Source: an uncultured Rhodospirillaceae bacterium
GTDB lineage: Bacteria; Pseudomonadota; Alphaproteobacteria; UBA9219
Length of the DNA: 52,093 nucleotides
Assembly (NCBI GenBank): GCA_964626265.1
Contig: CAZVCG010000012.1
Span: 1 to 52,093 of the forward strand
Direction of reading: 5' to 3'
Below the pieces are notes generated by a model. The model did no database searches, was not told the DNA's origin, and was given only the letters and a program-made list of their open reading frames with translations. Positions 36,474 through 45,592 of this stretch are shown one piece after another. The position numbers and the translations under genes are program-made. Position 1 is the first letter of the stretch; each line of letters opens with the position of its first letter.

Positions 36474-37808
36474 TTAACCGTTTTCGATCTTCGCGCCGAG
36501 GGCGTTCATAAGGTCTACAAATCCCGGAAAGCTGGTGGCGATGAAACTGCCGTCGTCGATGCGAATGGGGGAGGGGGTGGCCATGCCGAGGACGAGGAAG
36601 CTCATGGCGATGCGATGGTCCATGGCCGTCTCGATCGTCGCGCCGCCCTTGGGAGGCTTGCCGTTGCCACGCACGATCAGGTCGTCGCCTTCGATCGCGG
36701 CATCCGCGCCGCAGGCCCTAAGCCCTTCGAATACAAGCTGTAATCTGTCGCTTTCCTTCACGCGCAATTCGCCGAGGTTCTGCATCCGCGTCGTGCCTTT
36801 GGCACAGGCGGCGGCCATGGCGAGAATGGGGTACTCGTCCACCATGCTCGGCACGCGGTCGGCAGGCACCGCAATTCCCTTGAGGCTTCCAGCTGTTACG
36901 GTCAGATCGGCGACAGGCTCGCCGCCCGCTTCGCGCCGGTTGGCGAACCGGATATCCGCGCCCATTTCCTTTAAAGTTTCAACTAACCCCGCGCGCCGCT
37001 TGTTCAATCCGACGTTCTTTAACGTGATGGATGAGCCGGGCCGGATCAGCGCGGCGACCATCGGGAACGCTGCGGAGCTGATGTCCGAGGGGACGATAAT
37101 CTCTTGCCCTTTCAAAGAACTAGGCCCTTCGACGGATATCGCCTCCGCGCCATCGGGCAGCTTTTCAATCGTCAGTTTCGCGCCGAAATGACGCAGCATA
37201 TTTTCGGTATGATCGCGCGTCGGGACAGTTTCGATGACCGTCGTGACGCCTTTTGCGCTCAATCCGGCCAGTAAAACGGCCGATTTCACTTGTGCGGAGG
37301 CTACGGGGAGCTTGTAGGTGATGGGAGAGGGGCTTTTTGCGCCACGAACCGTCAGCGGCATCCGCCCTCCTTCCTGCGCTTCAAAGGACGCGCCCATTTG
37401 CTCTAAAGGCTTGATAACGCGGCCCATTGGGCGCTTTTGTAGCGAGGCGTCGCCCGTGAAACGGCTGGAAAAGGGCCTTGCGCCCAAAAGGCCGATGAGC
37501 AAACGTGCCGAGGTGCCGCTGTTGCCCATGTCGAGGATCTCGGTTGGTTCAACAAGGCCGTCTAAGCCTTTGCCTTTTATGGTCCAAACGTTGCCTTCCT
37601 TAGAGATGACTGCCCCCAGCGCACGCAATGCGGCGACGGTATGAAGCACGTCCTCGCCCTCCAAAAGCCCCCTAACGGTGGTTGTGCCGGAGGCGATTCC
37701 GCCCAGCATAATCGAGCGGTGGGAGATGCTCTTGTCGCCGGGGGGCGTCAAATCGCCCTTCAGGGTGCCGGAGGTATGGGAAATGAAGGGGTTAGCGACG
37801 TTTGTCAT
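36474..37808 (-). CDS. aroA: 3-phosphoshikimate 1-carboxyvinyltransferase (class II EPSPS)
   Basis: PGDKSISHR, DMGNSGT, SAQVKSA, RDHTE, RVKESDR and DHRIAMS. Confidence 0.97.
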   Translation of the reverse strand: MTNVANPFISHTSGTLKGDLTPPGDKSISHRSIMLGGIASGTTTVRGLLEGEDVLHTVAALRALGAVISKEGNVWTIKGKGLDGLVEPTEILDMGNSGTSARLLIGLLGARPFSSRFTGDASLQKRPMGRVIKPLEQMGASFEAQEGGRMPLTVRGAKSPSPITYKLPVASAQVKSAVLLAGLSAKGVTTVIETVPTRDHTENMLRHFGAKLTIEKLPDGAEAISVEGPSSLKGQEIIVPSDISSAAFPMVAALIRPGSSITLKNVGLNKRRAGLVETLKEMGADIRFANRREAGGEPVADLTVTAGSLKGIAVPADRVPSMVDEYPILAMAAACAKGTTRMQNLGELRVKESDRLQLVFEGLRACGADAAIEGDDLIVRGNGKPPKGGATIETAMDHRIAMSFLVLGMATPSPIRIDDGSFIATSFPGFVDLMNALGAKIENG

Positions 37809-37960
37809 GGCGGTCTTATACCAAAAACGGGAGGTTAAGACAGGCCCTTTCGCCCGGAATCGCAAGGCCTCCATTCAAGAGTTTGACAGGCCGCATGTTT
37901 CATGGCAAGGGACAGCCCTTTCCGAGTCCAGGTGCGAAAAACGGTTCAGGAGGCGAGACA

Positions 37961-38287
37961 GTGGCCAAAGCGGAATGGGGTACCAAGCGGATCTGCCCGC
38001 ATTGCGGAACGCGTTATTATGACATGAAAAAGAAGCAGCCGGCCTGCCCGAGCTGCGGCGCCGTGTATGATCCTGAAGCCTTGACGAAAACGCGCCGCGG
38101 ACGTCCCGCGCCGGTGGAAGAAAAACGCAAGTCCATTCCCGCGCCGGACATCATTGACGATTTGCCGCTGGTCGACGGCGACGAGGCGGAATCATCCGTC
38201 ATCGAAGATGCCGACGAGCTGGCCGACGATGTGGACGTCGATGAAGTCGTCGAAGTCGAAGAGGACGAACGCGCCGACGACCGCTAA
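37961..38287 (+). CDS. FYDLN-acid domain protein (TIGR02300 family)
   Basis: WGTKRICPHCGTRYYD..CPSCG with acidic tail; GTG start after AGGAGG; divergent from aroA. Confidence 0.88.
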   Translation: MAKAEWGTKRICPHCGTRYYDMKKKQPACPSCGAVYDPEALTKTRRGRPAPVEEKRKSIPAPDIIDDLPLVDGDEAESSVIEDADELADDVDVDEVVEVEEDERADDR

Positions 38288-38302
38288 ATCAATAACCGTA
38301 AG

Positions 38303-38887
38303 CTATTCTTCGTCGAGTTCCGCTTCACCGCCCATAACTTCCTTAACCGTGTCGAACCCGAAGCCTGCGCGGGCGAGGGTGGCGAAGTCTTTGCTTTTTA
38401 GTTCTTGCGGCGTGGCGCGTTGCGGGCCTGTGGACGTGCGGCGGTAGGGGCCTAGGCCTCGGTGTTTCGCGAACGCTCGCGCGGCTTTTAGTTCCTCGTC
38501 TTCGTTCGATGCGCCTTCTTCGGGTTCCAAGGCTTTTTCGATCAGCGAAGGAGCGATGCCCTTTAAACGCAACTTTTCCGTGATACGGCGCGCGCTGCGT
38601 CCGGAACGGCGCAAGCTGCTCACTTTCATCGACGCGAAGGCTTCGTCATTGACCGCGCCTGTTTTCTTGTGCTGGTCGATGATTTTGGCGATGGATTTTT
38701 TCAGCTCTTCCTGTTTCGCATGATCGGCGGCGAAATCGGGATGCACCATCGCGGCGTGGCGCATGCGGTTTTCAAGCACGCGGCGTAGGCTGGCCTCGGA
38801 CGCGGCGTAGCGGCTGAGGTAATAAAGCGCAACGTTGGCCAGATAGTCCGGCGTCGGTATCTTGATGCGTTTCTTCTTTCGCGGCAT
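38303..38887 (-). CDS. recX: RecX-family regulatory protein
   Basis: ALYYLSRYAASEASL, VNDEAFA, KLRLKGI and LARAGFGFD. Confidence 0.8.
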   Translation of the reverse strand: MPRKKKRIKIPTPDYLANVALYYLSRYAASEASLRRVLENRMRHAAMVHPDFAADHAKQEELKKSIAKIIDQHKKTGAVNDEAFASMKVSSLRRSGRSARRITEKLRLKGIAPSLIEKALEPEEGASNEDEELKAARAFAKHRGLGPYRRTSTGPQRATPQELKSKDFATLARAGFGFDTVKEVMGGEAELDEE

Positions 38888-39040
38888 GGCGCGAGAATAG
38901 CAGGATTTTCAAATATTAGGAAACAATGGAGACAACGACGGGGACACAACAGAATATCCTGATGCCGCAGTATAGGTTATCGGGCGGCAATAATGTGTCA
39001 TTTTGCCTTCGTCGTCTTTACCGTCCGTCTTCAAGATAAG

Positions 39041-39472
39041 CTAATATGATGGACCGCTCCTGCCGCCAGGCCTGCGTCTCATGCCGTCGTCGCGTCTGAC
39101 CGGCCCTTGCCGGAAATGATGCCCGCGATGTCGATGGTCGCGAAACTCGTGGAAACGATCAAAATGACGACGCAGATTGCGGTGATGATGTCTATGCCCG
39201 CGTCTGAAATCGTCATCGTCATTAAAGATAATTATGCTACCTCCATAAGGAACGTAGCCATAACCATGGCCATAGCCGTAACTTCCTCCATAACCGCGGT
39301 AGTCGTCGTTATAGTAGGTACTGGGATAGCCGACATAACCGACGCAACCGTAACTTAACAGGCTTGCGGCGGCTACGGCGAAGCTGCCCGCCAGCATAAC
39401 GCCTCGCCTTTTTGCTTGTTCGTTGGTCAAGCAAAGAGAGGCATATGCCCTCTTGAAAATATCTCTTATCAT
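39041..39472 (-). CDS. hypothetical Gly/Tyr- and His/Arg-rich lipoprotein-like protein
   Basis: hydrophobic stretch ending LLSYGC, then low-complexity tail. Confidence 0.55.
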   Translation of the reverse strand: MIRDIFKRAYASLCLTNEQAKRRGVMLAGSFAVAAASLLSYGCVGYVGYPSTYYNDDYRGYGGSYGYGHGYGYVPYGGSIIIFNDDDDFRRGHRHHHRNLRRHFDRFHEFRDHRHRGHHFRQGPVRRDDGMRRRPGGRSGPSY

Positions 39473-39630
39473 GTTATCAGCCCTCCTGGCCGGCGAATGC
39501 GATAATGATAATCGGCGCAGACATCAGGCTACCACAATTAACCCAGCCAAACAAACATTCCCCACCATTAAGCATGATGCTAACAATGGCATTCCAGACA
39601 GCAGACAACGCCAGATGAAATGAGGTTAAC

Positions 39631-40140
39631 GTGACGGAATCCGGATTCAAAAAGTTTTTTCCCGTGTCGTGGGAGGAGTTGCACCGCAACGCCAAAGCTT
39701 TGGCGTGGAAACTGCTTGACCTTGGCCCATGGAAGGGATTGATCGCTGTGACGCGCGGCGGTCTTGTTCCGGCGGCTGTCGTCGCGCGAGAGCTGGATAT
39801 ACGCATGATCGAAACGGCGGCGGTGGTCGGCTATCAGCCGGACGACTCGAACCCGGGTGCGGCGTTGGAAGCGAAGATCATCAAGCACGCGGCCAACGTC
39901 GGTGACGGCGAAGGGTGGTTGGTTGTTGACGATTTGGTCGATACGGGGCGGACGGCTGACGTGTTGCGCAAATTGATGCCCAAGGCGCATTTCGCGACGG
40001 TTTATGCCAAGCCCCTCGGGATGCCTCTGGTCGATACGTTCGTGACGGAAGTGAGTCAGGACACATGGATTTACTTTCCGTGGGACATCGAGCCGCAATT
40101 CGCGCACCCGATCGCGACGCAGCGAAAAAATTCCAAATAG
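39631..40140 (+). CDS. gpt: xanthine phosphoribosyltransferase
   Basis: VSWEELHR, AVTRGGLVPA, VVDDLVDTGRT and WIYFPWD. Confidence 0.93.
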   Translation: MTESGFKKFFPVSWEELHRNAKALAWKLLDLGPWKGLIAVTRGGLVPAAVVARELDIRMIETAAVVGYQPDDSNPGAALEAKIIKHAANVGDGEGWLVVDDLVDTGRTADVLRKLMPKAHFATVYAKPLGMPLVDTFVTEVSQDTWIYFPWDIEPQFAHPIATQRKNSK

Positions 40141-40141
40141 C

Positions 40142-41332
40142 ATGAACGTAAAACTGCCGACCATCCGCCTGCAGCCTGCGCGGCATAAACGCGCGATGGC
40201 GGGGCATCCGTGGATTTATTCGAACGAAGTCGTGATGGACAGCGCTGCTAAGACGCATGATGCAGGCGCGCTTGCGAAGTTCGCGGCGCATGACGGTCAG
40301 GTGATCGGCATCGGCAGTTTTAATCAGCATACGTTGATCGCGGGGCGTGTATTTACGCGCGAGCCGTTGGCGGCGATTGATGCAGCATGGTTCCAGAAAC
40401 GGTTTGAAAACGCGCTGGCGTTGCGCGCGAAATTAATCGTCGAGCCTTATTGCCGTTTGGTTCATGCCGAAGCCGACGGCTTGCCGGGTTTGATCGTGGA
40501 CCGTTTCGGCGATTATTTGAGCGTTCAGCTCAATACAGCGGGAATGCAAAAACTTTGGCTGGAGATCGAGGGCGCGCTGGTGAACGCGTTCAATCCGAAG
40601 GCCATCGTTTTGCACAACGAAAGTTCGATACGCGCTTTGGAGGGTTTGGAGCGCAAGGTCGAGGTGGCGCGCGGTTCCATCGACGGGCCTGTCGAGGTAC
40701 ATGAAAACGGGTTGACGTATTTTGCCGATTTGGTCGGCGGACAGAAAACGGGATGGTATTTCGATCAACGCGATAATCATGCGTTGGTGGCGCGATATGC
40801 GAAGGGCGAGCGCGTTTTGGATTTGTATTGCCATGCGGGCGGCTTTGGTTTGCTGGCGGCGCGGGAAGGGGCCGAGCGCGTGATCGGCGTGGATTCGTCG
40901 CAGGCCGCTTTGGATCTGGCGTACAAGGCCGCCGCGAAAAACGACTTGGCGCCGGTTTGCGAATGGCGAAACGCGGACGTGTTCGAGGAATTGGAGCGTC
41001 TTGGCGCGGCGAAGGAAAAATTCGGCATCGTGATCGCCGATCCGCCGCCGTTCGTGAAATCGCGCAAGGACATCATGAGCGGCGCGCGCGGTTACCGTAA
41101 ATTGGCGCGTTTGTCGGCAGGCGTGACGGCGCAGGAAGGCTTGCTGTTCATCGCGTCGTGCAGCCATAACATGAGCCTTGAACAATTCACAGAGGAAGTT
41201 GCGAAGGGGTTATCCGAAGCGCGGCGCGAAGGGCGCATTCTCTACACTGTGTTCGCCGCGCCCGATCATCCCGTTCATCCGCATTTGCCCGAAAGCGCGT
41301 ATTTGAAGGGGTTGTTGGTGCGGGTGGGGTAG
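40142..41332 (+). CDS. RlmI-like class I SAM-dependent rRNA methyltransferase
   Basis: GHPWIYSNE, EADGLPGLIVD, GQKTGWYFDQRDN, DPPPF and YLKGL. Confidence 0.9.
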   Translation: MNVKLPTIRLQPARHKRAMAGHPWIYSNEVVMDSAAKTHDAGALAKFAAHDGQVIGIGSFNQHTLIAGRVFTREPLAAIDAAWFQKRFENALALRAKLIVEPYCRLVHAEADGLPGLIVDRFGDYLSVQLNTAGMQKLWLEIEGALVNAFNPKAIVLHNESSIRALEGLERKVEVARGSIDGPVEVHENGLTYFADLVGGQKTGWYFDQRDNHALVARYAKGERVLDLYCHAGGFGLLAAREGAERVIGVDSSQAALDLAYKAAAKNDLAPVCEWRNADVFEELERLGAAKEKFGIVIADPPPFVKSRKDIMSGARGYRKLARLSAGVTAQEGLLFIASCSHNMSLEQFTEEVAKGLSEARREGRILYTVFAAPDHPVHPHLPESAYLKGLLVRVG

Positions 41333-41355
41333 GTTGAGGTTCATAATTAATTATG

Positions 41356-41488
41356 TGTCATTCCGGGGCGCGCATTAGCGCGAACCCGGAATCCCGTTTG
41401 TTTTTATATTTCTTAAAATAAAACGGGATTCCGGATCCATTTTCTTTCGCCCGCCAAGCGGTCGAAAAGAAAATGTTCCGGAATGACA
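41356..41488. repeat. TGTC-tagged palindromic element, family A variant
   Basis: tgtcattccggg...cccggaatcc ... ggattccgg ... ttccggaatgaca between convergent genes. Confidence 0.75.
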
Positions 41489-41506
41489 TAACGGAGATGT
41501 TATGCC

Positions 41507-42763
41507 TTACACTATCTTCTCAAACCACGCGGCGAGTTCGAGGTGCGTGGACCATAAAAACTGGTCAACGGGCAGGAGGGCTTTGAGCGCATAGCCGCCT
41601 TGCGTGAGGATGCGCGCGTCGCGCGCGAATGTCGACGGGTCGCAACTGATTGCCACGATGGTTGGCACGGTGCTGTTGGCGAGTTGCATCGTCAAAGCTT
41701 TTGCGCCGCCGCGCGGCGGGTCGAAGATGACGGCGTCGAACGCGCCGAGTTCATCGGCTTTGAACGGATCGCTTATCAAATTGCGTTGTTCGACGTGCCA
41801 ATTGGGATTTTGCTTGACGACGCGGCGCAGGGAGTCGAGCGCGGCGCCGTCGAGGTCGGAGAAATTGACTTTCTTCGCTTTCGGCATCGACAAGCCGAAG
41901 CCGCCGAGGCCGCAGAACAAATCCATGATCTTCGCGCTGTCGCCGATCGCGTCCCGCGTGAAGCCGATGAGCGCGTTTTCGCCGGAAACAGTAGCCTGTA
42001 AAAACGAGCCGGGTGGGAAGGGGACTGGCGTTTTGCCGTAAGTGACGAAAAGAGGCTGGCGGTGCGCGATGGGTTCGACAGGGCTGCGGTCCCATTTGCG
42101 CCACGACAATTGTGCGATGTTCAGGTTTTCGGCGAGGATCGCCAGTTCTTGCCGTTGGTCGAGGCCGAGCGGTGGGCCGCCGATTAGGACGACGTCGAAA
42201 CCTTCCGGCAACGCGGTGATCTGCACGTCGCAAGATTGGCCTTGCGGCAGCCACGACGGCAACGCATCGCGCAGTTTTTGGACGAATGCCGTGAGATCGG
42301 GAAGCAAAACGGTGCATTCTTTCAAGTCGATCAATTCGTGGCTACGCCATGCGTTGAAACCCAAAATAATTCCTTGCGGCGCGTGTTCCGCCGCCAGCCG
42401 CGCGCGGCGGCGCGTGCCCGTAGCCGTCACGACGGCGGGATAAAAAGGTATGTCGGTGAAGGCTGCGGCTTCGAGCGCGTGTTTAAGCTGTTCGACCTTC
42501 CAAGCCGTGACCGCCGCGCCTTTCATGTGCTGCAAGCGGCAGCCGCCGCAATGCGGGTAATGGTGGCACGGGGGTTTGATGCGCGTGCCGTTGGGCTCTA
42601 GAATGGCTTCGATAGCGGCGCGTTGCTGACCACTGCCGTTTTCTGCTAAACGGACGCGGACGCGCTCATGCGGCAAGGCGCCGGCCACGAACACGGTTTG
42701 GCCGCCGTGGTGGGCGATGCCGTCGCCTTGGGCGCCGAGGTCGTCGATGGTGAGTTCGAGCAA
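41507..42763 (-). CDS. RlmD/TrmA-family RNA m5U methyltransferase
   Basis: CHHYPHCGGC Fe-S motif, FLQAT, DLFCGLG, DPPRGG and ISCDP. Confidence 0.9.
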   Translation of the reverse strand: MLELTIDDLGAQGDGIAHHGGQTVFVAGALPHERVRVRLAENGSGQQRAAIEAILEPNGTRIKPPCHHYPHCGGCRLQHMKGAAVTAWKVEQLKHALEAAAFTDIPFYPAVVTATGTRRRARLAAEHAPQGIILGFNAWRSHELIDLKECTVLLPDLTAFVQKLRDALPSWLPQGQSCDVQITALPEGFDVVLIGGPPLGLDQRQELAILAENLNIAQLSWRKWDRSPVEPIAHRQPLFVTYGKTPVPFPPGSFLQATVSGENALIGFTRDAIGDSAKIMDLFCGLGGFGLSMPKAKKVNFSDLDGAALDSLRRVVKQNPNWHVEQRNLISDPFKADELGAFDAVIFDPPRGGAKALTMQLANSTVPTIVAISCDPSTFARDARILTQGGYALKALLPVDQFLWSTHLELAAWFEKIV

Positions 42764-42859
42764 GGATTTCCACGTTTGCTTGGTGGCGGAATTTTGGCGG
42801 TTCTATCTCAAATGTTACGATAAGATGCAACTTTAATAATGTTAAGGAGTTTCAAGATC

Positions 42860-43351
42860 ATGCGCGGGTATTTTGGCGTGGGCGTTGAGGAAATCAGCAA
42901 GAGTTTCAACCTCGGCAATCTGGTGCGGACGACACACGCGTTCGGCGGGAGTTTCTTTTTCACGATCAACGCATCGGTGAATTACCACGACATCAAGACG
43001 TCGGACACGTCGCACGCGGACATCCATATGCCGTTTTACACATATAAAAACGTGAATGAGTTCACGTTGCCTAAGGATTGTTCGCTGGTCGGCGTGGAAT
43101 TGTTGGACGACGCGGAGGAATTGCCGAGCTTTAGGCATCCGTTGCGGGCGGCTTATGTGCTGGGGCCGGAAAAGGGGAGTTTGTCGCCCGCGCTGGTGGC
43201 GCGGTGCGATCACATCGTGAAAATTCCGATGAAGTTTTGCGTGAACGTTGGCGTCGCTGGCGCGCTCGTGATCTACGACCGGATGATCAGCCTCGGCCAG
43301 CACGCCGAACGGCCCGTGCGGGTTGGGGGGAGTAGGCGGTTGAAAGGCTAG
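42860..43351 (+). CDS. SpoU/TrmH-family RNA methyltransferase
   Basis: NLGNLVRT, YVLGPEKGSL and CVNVGVAG. Confidence 0.88.
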   Translation: MRGYFGVGVEEISKSFNLGNLVRTTHAFGGSFFFTINASVNYHDIKTSDTSHADIHMPFYTYKNVNEFTLPKDCSLVGVELLDDAEELPSFRHPLRAAYVLGPEKGSLSPALVARCDHIVKIPMKFCVNVGVAGALVIYDRMISLGQHAERPVRVGGSRRLKG

Positions 43352-43374
43352 AGATTAAAAAGGCAATTATGCCA

Positions 43375-43824
43375 TCAGGGTTCAGGGCGATGCAAATCAG
43401 GTACGCTATAGCTTGAGGGTTTGGTGGCGTTGTTCGATAAATCCTTCAAGAGCCTCATAGCCAGTGCGGCTTTGTCTTTAGGGACAAACAAGTGATCATG
43501 GAAAAAAGCGGATACGGGATTAACGCTTATATCATTTTTAGCCAAGCACGACGCTATAACAGCCATAAACCCCACAGCTTCCAGCGAAGAATGTATATTT
43601 AACGTAATCATGCGGGATGGAAAGGCGTAATCCAAACCAGCTTCTTTGGCATCCCGTTCGCGAAGGATTAATGTCGTACCTTCTTTTTCCTGAAATAAAG
43701 CCTGCGGTGATATATTGCGTGGAAGCGAAAATTCTTTTGGCGTTGTGCAGAAAACGAAAACGTCTTCCTGCAACTCAGGTTCCATAGCCCGTATGAGGGT
43801 CTCAAGATTGTTTTCGCCAAGCAT
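43375..43824 (-). CDS. ACT-domain protein (DUF2241-like)
   Basis: LETLIRAMEPEL, FQEKEGTTLI, HSSLEAVGF and SAFFHDHLFV; AT-rich. Confidence 0.85.
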   Translation of the reverse strand: MLGENNLETLIRAMEPELQEDVFVFCTTPKEFSLPRNISPQALFQEKEGTTLILRERDAKEAGLDYAFPSRMITLNIHSSLEAVGFMAVIASCLAKNDISVNPVSAFFHDHLFVPKDKAALAMRLLKDLSNNATKPSSYSVPDLHRPEP

Positions 43825-43944
43825 AAAAATACCCTACTTGTTGTTTGTTTAAAGTGCTGAAGTGGCTATCAAATGTAATGATTTAAGCCCGCCTTCGCCT
43901 TTTGGGCTTCGGCGCGGCAATTTTGTTCGCAAAGCGAACAAAAT

Positions 43945-44020
43945 TGGTGGACCTGAACGGGATCGAACCGTCGACCTCCTCATTGCGAACGAGGCGCTCT
44001 CCCAGCTGAGCTACAGGCCC
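43945..44020 (-). tRNA. tRNA-Ala(CGC)
   Basis: reverse strand GGGCCTGTAGCTCAGCTGGGAGAGCG...TTCGCAA...GGTTCGATCC...TCCACCA, 76 nt. Confidence 0.95.
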
Positions 44021-44042
44021 ATTTTACATGTGGGCGGCCCTC

Positions 44043-44071
44043 TTTATGGGCAACAGGGGCTTTCCTGTCAA
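44043..44071 (-). promoter_or_regulatory. sigma70-type promoter of tRNA-Ala
   Basis: TTGACA-17 nt-CATAAA on the minus strand. Confidence 0.6.
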
Positions 44072-44127
44072 TGATCCTTTATAATCCCATGGTCTGCGCA
44101 ATTTCTCCAAGGAAGCGAGGAAAAGTT

Positions 44128-44210
44128 CCGCTCCCCTTGAGGGAGGGGATAGGGTAGGGGTAGATGAAAGAAACCCCCTCACCTGCAGGAAAGCGACACT
44201 TGCAAGAGGG
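44128..44210. repeat. palindromic element family B, partial copy
   Basis: ctccccttgagggaggggatagggtagggg ... accccctcacctgca shared with the 10569 copy. Confidence 0.7.
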
Positions 44211-44256
44211 CTTTCAGGGCTTTAGCTTGGGCCATCTTAACGAAAGGACACGAGCC

Positions 44257-44562
44257 ATGGGCATCTTGACCTCACTCCTTGCGGCGGCCTTCGAAGTAAT
44301 TGACATCGTCCTGACCCTCTATGTCTGGGCGTTGATCATCGGGGCTGTGCTGAGCTGGCTTGTGGCGTTCGACGTTCTGAACACCCGCAATAGGTTCGTG
44401 CAGGTGGTGGGCGATTTCACCTACCGGATCACGGAGCCTGCCTTGCGGCGCATCCGCAGGTTCGTGCCGATCATGGGCGGACTCGACCTTTCGCCGCTCG
44501 TTCTCATCCTCATCGTCATGTTCGTTCAATCGTTTCTAAGGCGTTTGGTGATCACGTTATGA
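44257..44562 (+). CDS. YggT-family membrane protein
   Basis: [22 protein letters not shown] and GGLDLSPL. Confidence 0.92.
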   Translation: MGILTSLLAAAFEVIDIVLTLYVWALIIGAVLSWLVAFDVLNTRNRFVQVVGDFTYRITEPALRRIRRFVPIMGGLDLSPLVLILIVMFVQSFLRRLVITL

Positions 44563-45434
44563 CAGCGAGGATAATCGACGGCAAGGCCATGGCGGCCAAG
44601 GTGCGCGAAGAGTGCGCCGCGCATGCTGCCGACATGAACAAGTGGTGGAACATCACGCCGGGGCTTGCCGTCGTTCTGGTCGGCGACAATCCCGCAAGCC
44701 AGGTTTACGTGCGCAATAAGGTCCGCGCGTGCGAAGAGGCCGGTTTCCGCTCGTATAGCCAGAAGTTGCCGGAAACCGCAACGCAGGAAGAAGTTCTTGA
44801 ACTGATTGCAGAGCTGAACGCCAACCCGCAGGTGAACGGCATTCTGGTGCAAATGCCTTTGCCGCCGCAGGTCAACGCCAACGCCGTGATAAACGCGATT
44901 GATCCTTTAAAAGACGTCGACGGCTTTCATCCCGTGAACGTCGGTCGTATGGTCACGGGCATGATGAGTCTCGCGCCCTGCACGCCGACAGGGTGCATGA
45001 TGATGATCCGCGAGATCATTCCCGACTTGCGCGGGCAACGCGCCGTTGTCGTCGGGCGCTCGAACATCGTCGGCAAGCCCGTGGCGATGATGTTGCTTCA
45101 AGCCGATTGCACCGTGACGATCGCTCATTCCAAAACGCGCGACTTGCCGGAAGAATGCCTCAAGGCGGATATACTGGTCGCGGCCGTCGGCCAGCCGCAA
45201 CTCATCCGCGGCGACTGGATCAAGCCCGGCGCGGTGGTGATAGACGTTGGCATCAACCGAGGCGTACCGGATGTCGATGGAAAATCCAAACTGATCGGCG
45301 ACGTGGCGTTCAGCGAGGCCGTTGAAGTCGCGGGCGCGATCACGCCTGTGCCGGGCGGCGTGGGGCCGATGACGATCGCCTGCTTGCTGCAAAATACGCT
45401 TCAAGCGACAATGATGCAGACGGGATGGGGATAA
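44559..45434 (+). CDS. folD: bifunctional methylenetetrahydrofolate dehydrogenase/cyclohydrolase
   Basis: [29 protein letters not shown] and [11 protein letters not shown]. Confidence 0.97.
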   Translation: MTARIIDGKAMAAKVREECAAHAADMNKWWNITPGLAVVLVGDNPASQVYVRNKVRACEEAGFRSYSQKLPETATQEEVLELIAELNANPQVNGILVQMPLPPQVNANAVINAIDPLKDVDGFHPVNVGRMVTGMMSLAPCTPTGCMMMIREIIPDLRGQRAVVVGRSNIVGKPVAMMLLQADCTVTIAHSKTRDLPEECLKADILVAAVGQPQLIRGDWIKPGAVVIDVGINRGVPDVDGKSKLIGDVAFSEAVEVAGAITPVPGGVGPMTIACLLQNTLQATMMQTGWG

Positions 45435-45592
45435 TTTCCGTCGGCCAATCCGTTGTGGCGGAAAAAACAGAAAATTTTACCCTAAAAAATTGCGGAAATT
45501 TGGCGTTAACCATTTAAGTTAGGCGCGGGGTCACACAATTGCCCTATTTGTTTTATAGTCTTTAGCCTTTCCAACAAGTTGGGCTGAGCGAC

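Noticed and set aside
37802-37960. Long N-terminus of the FYDLN protein
   Set aside because: It overlaps the aroA start; GTG 37961 has a clear AGGAGG.
39477-39806. 109-aa minus-strand ORF or its 32-codon tail
   Set aside because: It overlaps gpt antisense and the short version has no RBS or motif.
44164-44256. YggT N-terminal extension (KETPSPAGK...)
   Set aside because: It reads through the family B repeat; ATG 44257 has an AAAGGA RBS.
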